IMG/VR virus record: IMGVR_UViG_3300033757_000225
Span: 42-64,041 of that record
Strand: one strand, 5' to 3'
Length of the DNA: 64,000 nt
DNA from: a virus
In this document: one piece after another, positions 39,061 to 47,640 of the stretch
How the letters are laid out: every line of letters begins with the position of its first letter
Position numbering within the stretch: position 1 is the stretch's first letter
Translations under genes and position numbers: made by a program
The notes under the pieces: generated by a model
Told to the model about the DNA's origin: nothing
The model's input: the letters and a program-made list of their open reading frames with translations, nothing else
Database searches by the model: none

Positions 39061-39381
39061 CTAATGAGGAAACATAATAATATTGTTCTTTTTATATGAA
39101 TGCCATATTTGAGCAAACATTTTTTGCTCATTTTTTATTACCAAAATTTCTCCAATAACAATATTTCCTGCCCCTCCCATAATTATAGCATATTCTTCAT
39201 TTTCAGAAGAATGCCCCCCAACCGCGACAATATTTGCAGATTGTACTTTACTATAAGCCTGAATATATCTCCATATAGGGGCATTCCCAATTAAAATTAC
39301 AATGTCTTTTGCACTTATTTTGGGGGGAATAAGCATATCATTGTCAAAAATTTCCCAATAAATAATTTTTCCACTATCCAT
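39061..39381 (-). CDS. Csx3/Crn3-like small protein (divergent)
   Basis: IYWEI...IPPKISAKDIVILIGNAPIWRY...IVAV...AIIM...IGEIL resembles the Csx3 pattern as recalled; the YDPR loop is absent. Confidence 0.45.
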   Translation of the reverse strand: MDSGKIIYWEIFDNDMLIPPKISAKDIVILIGNAPIWRYIQAYSKVQSANIVAVGGHSSENEEYAIIMGGAGNIVIGEILVIKNEQKMFAQIWHSYKKNNIIMFPH

Positions 39382-39511
39382 TCGAATTAAACTCCCTCAA
39401 TATTGTGTAATATCCGACACATTATCAATATTTTGAGCGCTATTTAAAGCATTAGTAATATCCATTCCCCCTGCTTTGTATAACGGTTCATATGCAGCAA
39501 TTCCAAATTGC

Positions 39512-39520
39512 ATTATATCA
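39512..39520 (-). promoter_or_regulatory. Extended -10 promoter driving the AT-rich cassette
   Basis: TGATATAAT at the island's right boundary. Confidence 0.5.
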
Positions 39521-39524
39521 TATA

Positions 39525-39680
39525 TTAAATGACGAAATGTTCCCCCATAAGGATTATGAGCTTCTTCCACGCGTCAGCCGTTGCTGGGGTGTAGACACCT
39601 GCATGCGCGCCGCGAATACAGGCTTTAACTCTCGGCTGTGCTTTAGGCAAACCGGTTACGAAAAATTGTTGCTTAATCAT
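39525..39680 (-). pseudogene. Truncated RusA-like resolvase N-terminus
   Basis: MIKQQFFVTGLPKAQPRVK...GVYTPATADAWKK, then a stop at the island edge after 51 aa. Confidence 0.6.
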
Positions 39681-39760
39681 TTTCGTCTTTTTCTCCAATC
39701 CTCACCGGTGAATCTAAGCAGTACACCGTTTTCGGCCAAGCGGCTCATCAATGTTTCATA
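39677..39760 (-). pseudogene. DnaC/IstB-like C-terminal remnant
   Basis: TLMSRLAENGVLLRFTGEDWRK matches loader C-termini; no upstream ATPase domain. Confidence 0.4.
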
Positions 39761-39956
39761 TAGTCTCCATCTTGCGTTTGAAGCACTCGCAATCCTTGGC
39801 ACACTTAAGGCGAGATGCGGGATAAAGAGACAAAATACCCAAACCATACTCAGATGCGGCACTATCTATTTGCCACCACACTATTTCGGGCACAGGCGCT
39901 GTGCATCTCTCACACTTGTAAAACTTGCACTCAAGACACGTCCTCTCTTTACTCAT
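39756..39956 (-). CDS. Small Cys-rich protein
   Basis: CLECKFYKCERC...CAKDCECF; RBS GGAGG. Confidence 0.65.
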   Translation of the reverse strand: MSKERTCLECKFYKCERCTAPVPEIVWWQIDSAASEYGLGILSLYPASRLKCAKDCECFKRKMETI

Positions 39957-40003
39957 TGTTTTACCCTCCTTCTTGTATTCCTGGTGATCTTATGTTCACC
40001 TCT

Positions 40004-40225
40004 TTATTTGGCTCTCTTATAATGCATACATCTTTTTGCAATTTTCTGACGTTCTTCATCAGATTCGGGTAGTTTTCGCATTGTGGTAGACATCGTGCTA
40101 AAAAAAGTCGCATTCCCAGATGGCGATATTTTTTCAAGATTATATGCGACTATCTCAGGCTCTTCTCGCATACAGACAGTGTACGCCCCACCTCCGCTGT
40201 ATGCGCAATTATTGCAGCTTTTCAT
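40004..40225 (-). CDS. Small Cys-containing hypothetical protein
   Basis: MKSCNNCAY..., RBS AAGGAG. Confidence 0.55.
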   Translation of the reverse strand: MKSCNNCAYSGGGAYTVCMREEPEIVAYNLEKISPSGNATFFSTMSTTMRKLPESDEERQKIAKRCMHYKRAK

Positions 40226-40469
40226 CTTCCTCTCCTTCAAGCACATACTCCCGCACATATCGTTTTCCGTGCTTAAAAAACCACTTCGTCACGTATATCG
40301 TATCAGGACAGCGACGGGCAATTTTCGTCGCTTGTTTTTTTGTTTTTGCATGTGCCACAGAAGTTGCCCCAAGACTGAAGTCAATCACGTCATCGTGTAC
40401 CCACTTTCCCCGCTGCCACCAATACTGTCGTGCTGATAGCCAGTATCCGACCCTATGTTTCAACCTCAT
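40209..40469 (-). CDS. Hypothetical protein
   Basis: 86 aa in the tightly overlapping early-gene string. Confidence 0.55.
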   Translation of the reverse strand: MRLKHRVGYWLSARQYWWQRGKWVHDDVIDFSLGATSVAHAKTKKQATKIARRCPDTIYVTKWFFKHGKRYVREYVLEGEEDEKLQ

Positions 40470-40683
40470 CCGATTCCTCCTCCTCGCTTTCCCGCCCAGA
40501 GATTATAAAAGAATATTCATCCTCGTCCCAAACCTTATGACCCGGTTTGCAATCAGGGTTGATTGCCCCGCATGGTGCAATGTCATCAAGAAAACAACCA
40601 CAGCCCTCAGCACCGTTATTATCCCATAGACCGTCATACCCATGAAGAAGCAAATAATCTGTGATAATTCTAAGCACCGTCAT
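40453..40683 (-). CDS. Conserved small phage protein
   Basis: YLLLHGYDGL....GCGCFLDDIAPC motif. Confidence 0.65.
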   Translation of the reverse strand: MTVLRIITDYLLLHGYDGLWDNNGAEGCGCFLDDIAPCGAINPDCKPGHKVWDEDEYSFIISGRESEEEESDEVET

Positions 40684-40892
40684 TGCAGTACCCCCTTTGC
40701 CTTTTTAGCCTCTTTCTTGCGCCGAAGTTCTTCGGCTATTTCCGCTTTCCTCTGCCAATCCTCCTCTCGCTCGCTTTCACGTCCAGACACCGAAAAGATG
40801 CTTGCCAGTGCAAAGCCGAGCCAGAATGACGCAAGCGCTATACCGATAACCCATCCTGTTGTCATATCCCTGCCTCCTTTCGCAATTTCCAC
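40680..40892 (-). CDS. Small membrane protein
   Basis: One hydrophobic helix followed by a charged tail. Confidence 0.55.
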   Translation of the reverse strand: MEIAKGGRDMTTGWVIGIALASFWLGFALASIFSVSGRESEREEDWQRKAEIAEELRRKKEAKKAKGVLQ

Positions 40893-41062
40893 TGCCCAAG
40901 CGATGCGACCTGTCCTTCAAGTCGCTCAATTCGCTTCTCATACTCGTCCATAATCTCGACAAGTGTTTCACTTTTTGCGATGGCATACTCTTCTAGTAGT
41001 TCTTCAGCTTCTTTGATGCTTTCTGCCGCTTGAATTTTCTTAATCGCTTCTTCAGATGTCAT
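40862..41062 (-). CDS. Small coiled-coil protein
   Basis: 66 aa, ATGA overlap. Confidence 0.55.
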   Translation of the reverse strand: MTSEEAIKKIQAAESIKEAEELLEEYAIAKSETLVEIMDEYEKRIERLEGQVASLGQWKLRKEAGI

Positions 41063-41268
41063 TCCTCATCTCCTATTTGAAATCCAAACCTCTGTGCGAT
41101 TCGGTTCGCACGTTCAAGTGCATCACGGTCAGTGCAGAATGTGTATTCCCAATCTATCCACGCTTCGCCAGTTGACTCAATCACTGTCGCTGGTTCAATG
41201 GAATTTCGGAGCGCAACAACTATTTGCATGACCATCAAATATGGTAGTGTGATTTTTGATTCTGACAT
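41059..41268 (-). CDS. Hypothetical protein
   Basis: 69 aa, RBS AAGGAGG. Confidence 0.55.
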   Translation of the reverse strand: MSESKITLPYLMVMQIVVALRNSIEPATVIESTGEAWIDWEYTFCTDRDALERANRIAQRFGFQIGDEE

Positions 41269-41498
41269 TCTTCTGCCTCCTTCTCGCAGGCTTCGTCAAA
41301 CTTGGCTTTCTCGTACGCCTCCCATTCCTCGCGCGTCATCCGAGCCATTCGGTAGCGCGTCTCCGCGTGCGACTCATCAAGCTCTGGTGGTGGCGAGCGA
41401 AACAGTTTCGCCAAGGCCACCAGATTGTCCACCAGATAGCCCACCAACTTCCGCGCGCCAAGTTTGGCGCGGTTTATCTGCCACGCGATCCGTGTCAT
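41235..41498 (-). CDS. Hypothetical protein
   Basis: 87 aa, RBS GGGGAAG. Confidence 0.5.
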   Translation of the reverse strand: MTRIAWQINRAKLGARKLVGYLVDNLVALAKLFRSPPPELDESHAETRYRMARMTREEWEAYEKAKFDEACEKEAEECQNQKSHYHI

Positions 41499-41507
41499 AT
41501 CTTCCCC

Positions 41508-41696
41508 CTATTTCAAATCATTCGGAGTAAAACATTTTATACATCTCCATTTTTGGGTTTTTATTGAATACCAAGCAGGAGCACAGCTCATTTTTTTACA
41601 TATTTCACATACTGGCATTGAATCTTTTCCAAAATGCTGATTTAAGAATGATCGCACTTTTACCCATTCTCCATCATGGACTGTTTTCCATTGCAT
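41508..41696 (-). CDS. Small Zn-finger-like protein
   Basis: CEIC...C...WRCIKC; RBS GGAGG. Confidence 0.6.
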   Translation of the reverse strand: MQWKTVHDGEWVKVRSFLNQHFGKDSMPVCEICKKMSCAPAWYSIKTQKWRCIKCFTPNDLK

Positions 41697-41764
41697 TATC
41701 CCCTCCTATCGCAGCGCCACTAGCGCCACGGCAATGATACAGACAATCAGCAAAATGCACCAAA

Positions 41765-41914
41765 TCATTTCCCCGCTCCAAGCTCTTTATCGAGCCGCTG
41801 CCCTTCCCAGTATTCTTCTTTATCGAGCTCACGCTGATTTAGTTCTTCCTCATCAACCGCCTCATCAAAATAATGCGGCGGAAACGGCGGATCAGGTAAA
41901 TCTTGCCCTCTCAT
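41765..41914 (-). CDS. 49-aa acidic peptide
   Basis: Manual translation MRGQDLPDPPFPPHYFDE...; ATGA overlaps on both ends. Confidence 0.45.
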   Translation of the reverse strand: MRGQDLPDPPFPPHYFDEAVDEEELNQRELDKEEYWEGQRLDKELGAGK

Positions 41915-42207
41915 TTCTTTGCCTCCTTTGTCAGGCTTTGGAATTGATATATCCCCCGCTCTAATATGAGCGAACCTCTCTTCATCGCCCGCGCCAATGC
42001 CCTTGTGCTAATCGCATAATGCTGGCAAATATCACTGTAGTCGTTAAAATACTCTGTGTGGCCATCCGGCTCGATGATGGCATATTGGTAATTCTTTTTC
42101 GGCTTCATTGGATAGACGGGCAGGTTTCTTGGATCAGTAAGCCGCATCCAAAACGGCATTGGATTATCAAGCCGCCACGGTGCAATTGCGTGATTTTCCA
42201 TTTTCAA
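41911..42207 (-). CDS. Hypothetical HTH-like protein
   Basis: YFNDYSDICQHYAISTRALARAM HTH-like segment. Confidence 0.55.
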   Translation of the reverse strand: MKMENHAIAPWRLDNPMPFWMRLTDPRNLPVYPMKPKKNYQYAIIEPDGHTEYFNDYSDICQHYAISTRALARAMKRGSLILERGIYQFQSLTKEAKK

Positions 42208-42301
42208 ACTCCCATTTTGCCATTAGCAAAAAGCACCATTGCTGATTTTTCTAAGCACTGGATATCAAGCACCCTTTTACCATAGGCCAACAAAATCCCG
42301 C

Positions 42302-42658
42302 TCATTTCCAAGCCTCCTTTGTATTTACAATCCTGCTAAAAGCCTCGAAGAACTTCTTCGCTTCATCGGGAGAAATAATCTCCCCTTCTGGTTCTGGCAA
42401 ATATTGGCGGTACATTATCGAATTTTCGGCAGAATCCCTGCATTCTTCGAATATGGCAATGTCAGGCGGTCTTCCCCATTTGCACGAATAGTTTATAAGC
42501 AAGGCAGCCTTTAATGCGTCGAGATAATCCTTTGAACATTTTATAAGATATTCCCAAATATCTTTTTTCTGGCCTTGTGGATAAATGCCATAATATCCTT
42601 CCGCCCATTTTACAAACTCCATTGCTGTCATGGTGCTACCCCCATAATCTCTGCCCAC
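42302..42658 (-). CDS. Replication accessory protein (loader-inhibitor-like)
   Basis: Directly after the initiator; PPDIAIF motif; likely start MTAMEF. Confidence 0.5.
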   Translation of the reverse strand: MGRDYGGSTMTAMEFVKWAEGYYGIYPQGQKKDIWEYLIKCSKDYLDALKAALLINYSCKWGRPPDIAIFEECRDSAENSIMYRQYLPEPEGEIISPDEAKKFFEAFSRIVNTKEAWK

Positions 42659-43695
42659 GAATTTTCGCTTTCAACCTGCTTTTGCGCTTCAACTTTCACG
42701 CGATCCCAAACAGCAACCAGGGCACTAGGAGTAAACGGCTGGCTTTGCCAAAAGCTATTATTGCTGCGTATCAATCCCAGGTAATTCTCAAGCATGACTT
42801 TTATTACCTGCTCGTCCCCCTTGGATAGCTTGATGATTCGTTTAATCGCTGTGCCCTCTTTGGCATAATTCGCAAATTGGCCAAACACAGCCTCAAAGGA
42901 TTGCAATATTTTATGATAGAGCTGGGTTTCAGGATTATCGATCTTTGGCACCAGCGCCTTTGTTTTTCTCTTCTTGTGTTCCTCGATGTATGCATCAGGA
43001 TCAGCAAGCGGTGCGTCAGCATCCGCCGCCGAAGGCGTCTCTTGTTCATCTGGCAAATTTTCGGAGGGCGTTAATAATAATTTATTATTATTATATCTAC
43101 TCTTCTTTGCTTTACTTTGCGGATTTTTGTTAGCAGAAATCCCGTTCAAGTGGGGTTTCTGTATACATAAACTCCCTTCATGGGGATTATTGTTAGCAGA
43201 AACCTCTATATTCTCCGATTTTAAGGCAGTGGTCTGAGCGTCTACTTCGTTTTTGCCTATTTCAGTCTCAGAGTTATTGTTGACATTTATCCCGTTCATT
43301 TTGCGTTTCTGTATACATAAATCCCGTACAGCGCTGTTATTGATGACATTTACCTCGCGTCTTTTATAGAGTGCAGCAAGGTTTTCAATAAAATGAGCTG
43401 ACCGAATGATTTTATATTGCCACAAATCACGATCAATCGCATCCAATTTTGCCAGCATAGTAAGGATATCGTTTGCAGTTTCCGCGCCTAGACGGGTTTT
43501 TGCTAACAGAAACTCCCATTCGGCAGTGTCTTCGCAATCAATGTAATGCTGCTCGGATGCACCAAGCATTTCCAAAAGCTTAAACCAAAAAGCATACCCG
43601 TCATTCCCCCATCTCGATTCTAGGGTAAACATCGTCTTGCCGCTCGCTACAAAGTGAGGAAAATAATCTACGGTTGCTTTTTTAGGTCTTGGCAT
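42628..43695 (-). CDS. Phage replication initiator (Lin1244/DUF4373-like)
   Basis: DYFPH...LESRWGNDGYAFWFKLLE N-terminus; internal iterons. Confidence 0.82.
   Translation of the reverse strand: MPRPKKATVDYFPHFVASGKTMFTLESRWGNDGYAFWFKLLEMLGASEQHYIDCEDTAEWEFLLAKTRLGAETANDILTMLAKLDAIDRDLWQYKIIRSAHFIENLAALYKRREVNVINNSAVRDLCIQKRKMNGINVNNNSETEIGKNEVDAQTTALKSENIEVSANNNPHEGSLCIQKPHLNGISANKNPQSKAKKSRYNNNKLLLTPSENLPDEQETPSAADADAPLADPDAYIEEHKKRKTKALVPKIDNPETQLYHKILQSFEAVFGQFANYAKEGTAIKRIIKLSKGDEQVIKVMLENYLGLIRSNNSFWQSQPFTPSALVAVWDRVKVEAQKQVESENSWAEIMGVAP
43123..43357. repeat. Six iteron-like repeats, candidate replication origin
   Basis: About 21-bp repeats start at 43123, 43155, 43186, 43273, 43305 and 43336, beside an AT-rich tract. 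Confidence 0.7.
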
Positions 43696-43708
43696 ATATC
43701 ATCCCCCA

Positions 43709-43951
43709 TCAATAAAGTCCAATTCTCCGGTTCCATAAAGTTTCAGAGAGAGAACCAAAACAGCCATAATTCCATTTTCGAATCACGTCTATTGGATTAG
43801 CATATCCAAGTATGCCAATGCGTTCGACAAGCCTTGCATAATCGGCGCTATATGTACTATGTCGAACAATTTGTCCTATATCTTTTTGTAGCATCCGAAC
43901 GTTCGGATAATTATCGGTATCCATCCTTCTCTCCCCCGATTCCAAATACAA
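43709..43951 (-). CDS. Hypothetical protein
   Basis: 80 aa upstream of the initiator. Confidence 0.45.
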   Translation of the reverse strand: MYLESGERRMDTDNYPNVRMLQKDIGQIVRHSTYSADYARLVERIGILGYANPIDVIRKWNYGCFGSLSETLWNRRIGLY

Positions 43952-44103
43952 GACACTCCTTTAGCAATTCACCAGTACCATATTTGCCAGGCACCTCATC
44001 AAATCATGCTTCAGCTATCAGATTTAATTTCGCCTTTCTTTTAGGATTATCAAAAAAGAAATACTTGTATTTCCTCTTACCTATTTGTATGCGCATTATC
44101 ATG

Positions 44104-44895
44104 TTATTTCTCCATCTCGGCTGCCAATTTTCTTGCCCGTTCAACGCGCCCTCTCAGGTGAGGATATTGTGCAAGGAATTCTCCCCAGCCATGTTGGTGC
44201 TGCAAACGATGCTCCTCTGGTGTAAGCGCAAGCCAATTCCATGGTTTATCAATCGCGGCAACATTCGCGCCACGAGAGACAATATGCGCTTTTTCAATAA
44301 CCCCTCCAACCCCCGATGCATCAGAGATTTTATGCTTTTCCCGCCACTCTCTTTCAGCTATTTCTCTGTCATTGTCGGCACAATCAAGCGGATCGAAATC
44401 TTGTTTCCCACGCCAATCATGCCAAGCATAGAAGAGCTTTCGTACATCGGCTTGGAGGTCCACGGTTAAATCACAGTAATCGACAATTATGTCAAAACAC
44501 GCTTGGATAAGCTGCGCTGCATGTCTTGTGTCGCTTTCTGATATATGGATAGGGCGAAGAGCACCCGAAAACCGCGAAGGCACTCGCTCCGCGTATTCTG
44601 CAAGAATATCTAAGTATAGTTCGTAGGCTTCGTCTTTCGTTGGTTTTCGCCCATTCATGGATTCGAAAATTATTCTGATAAGCGCCTAAAGGGTATTGTT
44701 TTGTTTGTAGGTTCGTTCTCTCGCAGGGACGTCAAGCGTCACGATAGGATAAATCGTTTCTTCGCTCTTTTCTTGCCGTTTTGCAAGGTAAAAAAAGAAC
44801 TTTTCAAATGCAATGCTGTCTTCAGGATTCGGGCGCATCCATACAACGCCCTTATCCTGAATCCACATTAGCTTGCACGGCCCCGCGACTTTCAT
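44104..44895 (-). pseudogene. NinB-like/HNH-like gene split by an in-frame TAG
   Basis: 44686..44895 and 44104..44658 share a frame: ...KQNNTL*ALIRII...; C-terminal AHIVSRG...EEHRLQH. Confidence 0.65.
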
Positions 44896-45812
44896 TAGAA
44901 AATGTCCATCTCTTCTGGTATATCATTCCGCGAAGGCTGTACAACCGTTGGTTTACTCTCCGGAATCTTTTGCAGCTGTTGTAGTTTCTGCGTTTCATTC
45001 GATTGCGCCTGCGGAGCAGGCTCATCAAAATTGACATTAGCATCAATCGAAATGGAATCTGGTATATCGGGATTGTCGCGCTGCTCTTCGCGCTGTACAG
45101 CTTTAAGTGCCTCGACCGAGATCGGACACAGCTTGAGCGTTTTTATGATCACTGTCTTTAATGCCATGGCGTCAAAATACTTATCCCATACCGAGAGCTC
45201 ATTTTCTTTTTTCTGCTTATGGGCTTTCGAGAACTTATCTCGGTGATTTTCTACATCCTTTTTTGACATGACACCAAACTGCACACCGCCATTCGTGAGC
45301 TCTACGATACAGTAGTAGCCAATAGGTTCTCCACGCTCCTTTCGAATATCGATTTTATGGGTGATTTTCCGAACCAGCCCGAGCTCAACCTCAAAAACAT
45401 CATTATCGTAGACCACCTCTGCGCTAATCGTCTTGATCGTATTGGAGCGACGAGCCAGCATAATAAGCCCACGATAGCCAAGCTGAAAATGGGCTGTCAT
45501 TACTTTCTGCCACTGCCCATCAACAAATCGGTTTTCGTTATAGGGGATCAGATATCCCTGTGCAAGCGGACCGCCAACTTCAATACCAAGTCGGGCAGAT
45601 TCATCGATTGCGCGTATTTTGCTTGCGGTATCGCATTGTGCAAGCGTTGGATTCGCAATAATTTCAAAATGCACTGCTTGAAGGAATCGGTCAATCGCAA
45701 TGGTGTTTTGCGGTAACATTCCCTCCCATCGTGATTTATACTTCTCCAGGAATTGCTTCAGTGTACCCTGTGTTACCTGTGGTACATTTGCATTTTCGCC
45801 ATTTGTTCTCAT
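44895..45812 (-). CDS. recT: RecT single-strand annealing recombinase
   Basis: LAQGYLIPY, FQLGYRGLI.LARRS, AMALKTVI motifs. Confidence 0.92.
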   Translation of the reverse strand: MRTNGENANVPQVTQGTLKQFLEKYKSRWEGMLPQNTIAIDRFLQAVHFEIIANPTLAQCDTASKIRAIDESARLGIEVGGPLAQGYLIPYNENRFVDGQWQKVMTAHFQLGYRGLIMLARRSNTIKTISAEVVYDNDVFEVELGLVRKITHKIDIRKERGEPIGYYCIVELTNGGVQFGVMSKKDVENHRDKFSKAHKQKKENELSVWDKYFDAMALKTVIIKTLKLCPISVEALKAVQREEQRDNPDIPDSISIDANVNFDEPAPQAQSNETQKLQQLQKIPESKPTVVQPSRNDIPEEMDIF

Positions 45813-46426
45813 CTCTCCACTCCTTTTCCGAGTTTCGCTCGGATAATTTCCGCGATCTGCCGAGTAGCCTCGATATCCGAGGCAGCATCATGCGCGGTAA
45901 GCGAAATTCCATATAACCGTGCCAATGATTCTAGTTTTCTGTTGAGCGGTTTTTCTGCCAAGCCAGCCCACTCAAGTAGTAGATGAGTCTGATAAATATC
46001 GAGCGGCACATGCTCAAACCAAGAGTAAAAGTATCGATCATTCGCATCTTCCCAGAGGGATGTCAAAAAATCCATGTCGAATTTCACATTGTATCCAGCA
46101 GCGATAAATTTGTCATTTTTATCGTATTTTTGCACAAAATTCGCAAAATATTCCTCAATTATTGGCTTTTGACTCAAATATGGTGGATATGATTCAAGCA
46201 TGGATTTTGTGAATCCATTCATCCCCAGAGCTTCTTCGGTGACTTCTTTCCCGACAGGATTCATATAAAATTCTTTTCTTGAAACTACCTGGTGATCAAT
46301 TTCGACAATTATTGCCAACTGAACGATTCCATTTTTTCGGGCATCAAGCCCTGTTGTCTCACAATCAATCCATGCTACTTTCATGGAACCACCTTTGGGG
46401 GAACTATTTCCCCCTCTTCGATCCAC
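45809..46426 (-). CDS. DEDDh 3'-5' exonuclease (DnaQ-like)
   Basis: IDCETTG, GYNVKFD, HDAASDI. Confidence 0.9.
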   Translation of the reverse strand: MDRRGGNSSPKGGSMKVAWIDCETTGLDARKNGIVQLAIIVEIDHQVVSRKEFYMNPVGKEVTEEALGMNGFTKSMLESYPPYLSQKPIIEEYFANFVQKYDKNDKFIAAGYNVKFDMDFLTSLWEDANDRYFYSWFEHVPLDIYQTHLLLEWAGLAEKPLNRKLESLARLYGISLTAHDAASDIEATRQIAEIIRAKLGKGVER

Positions 46427-47640
46427 ACAATGCCCGCCTCATCTTTGTTGTATCCACCATCAACGACCTCCATAATGACTTGGATATTGCGTTTCTCGGC
46501 GAAGTTTTTAATTGTGGCAAGAGATTCTGCATCAAAAGATTCACCGCGCTTGATATAAATAGTCTTTAGCTCGCCCGCATAGGCTGTCGCGAGCATAAGG
46601 CCGATTTTTAGCGATTCGCTTGTTGACCAGTTATCGCAGGATATACCGTTATGCTCTAGTCCATTCTCGGTTAATGTAAGTCCCTTGACGGGTATTTTCG
46701 CATTGAGCAGCATATCTGATTTTTCTTTTCGCAAGGAGTCTAGCTTGGTCTGCGCCGCGTTGTATTCAGCTTCTTTTGCCTCAATTTTTTTCATCGCAGC
46801 AAGGTAAAGGGTGTATTGCTCTGCTCTCCTATTTGTTTCCTCGGCCTCGGCAATCTCCTTGTCGATCTCGTCATAGCCTTTCAGAGGTAAGGGTGCCGGA
46901 GGTATTGCCGGTTCATTGAGAGCCTGATCTAATGTATCCGATGCGCGCACGAGTGCATCTTTGAGACCCTGTACTCCTTCTCGCGCAGCATTTACAAAAT
47001 CATTGGCAATTTTCCGAGCGATATTCGTGCAATACTCGTCAAGCTTGTGTTTTGCTTCAATTTGTAGAGTATTGTAATTCTCAATGTATTTCCTGCGCTC
47101 GAGTAATTCAGATACATTGACTGCCATACAAGGCTGCACCGGAGACGGCTTGCCAAGTGCTCGGAGCTCTCGGCCAACAAAGAGCCTCTCTTGTTCTGCC
47201 TCGGCGATCTTTTTGTCGATTTCGGTAAAATCTATGCCAGAATAGCGCATAATGGCTTCGCGCTTCTCGGCAGGCGAAAGCGACATGAATTGCTCAGGGT
47301 CAAAGAATTGCCCTGATATAGCGTCAAGGAATTCCTGTGGACGCGCAATCTTTCCCCCCTCGCGCTCGATTGCCAGCACAGACTTACCATCAGGCTTTAT
47401 GATCCGTTTGACGATGTAATCATCAATAGTGCCGATGATCACCGCCTCGGATTGTCCTGTGGTAACTACATTCGCAGGGATGTCTCTCGTCCCCTTGAGC
47501 AAGAATTTAATCGCATCAATGACGGTTGATTTTCCTGCGCCATTCCTTCCCCGCACCTGCACAAGGTTCTGGCCGTCAAAATCCAGTTTTGCAGCCCGAA
47601 TTTTGCGCAAGTCCTCGATGGACAACGCAATAAGTTTCAC
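46381..47640 (-). CDS. SMC/Rad50-like AAA ATPase
   Basis: GRNGAGKS Walker A, long coiled coil. Confidence 0.82.
   Translation of the reverse strand: MKLIALSIEDLRKIRAAKLDFDGQNLVQVRGRNGAGKSTVIDAIKFLLKGTRDIPANVVTTGQSEAVIIGTIDDYIVKRIIKPDGKSVLAIEREGGKIARPQEFLDAISGQFFDPEQFMSLSPAEKREAIMRYSGIDFTEIDKKIAEAEQERLFVGRELRALGKPSPVQPCMAVNVSELLERRKYIENYNTLQIEAKHKLDEYCTNIARKIANDFVNAAREGVQGLKDALVRASDTLDQALNEPAIPPAPLPLKGYDEIDKEIAEAEETNRRAEQYTLYLAAMKKIEAKEAEYNAAQTKLDSLRKEKSDMLLNAKIPVKGLTLTENGLEHNGISCDNWSTSESLKIGLMLATAYAGELKTIYIKRGESFDAESLATIKNFAEKRNIQVIMEVVDGGYNKDEAGIVWIEEGEIVPPKVVP

Noticed and set aside
43123-43357. Possible CRISPR array
   Set aside because: Repeats are degenerate, inside a coding gene, with about 10-bp gaps; no cas genes.
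44686-44688. Genome-wide amber (TAG) reassignment
   Set aside because: TAG cleanly terminates the portal (32632) and MuF (29655), and other long genes are intact under code 11.
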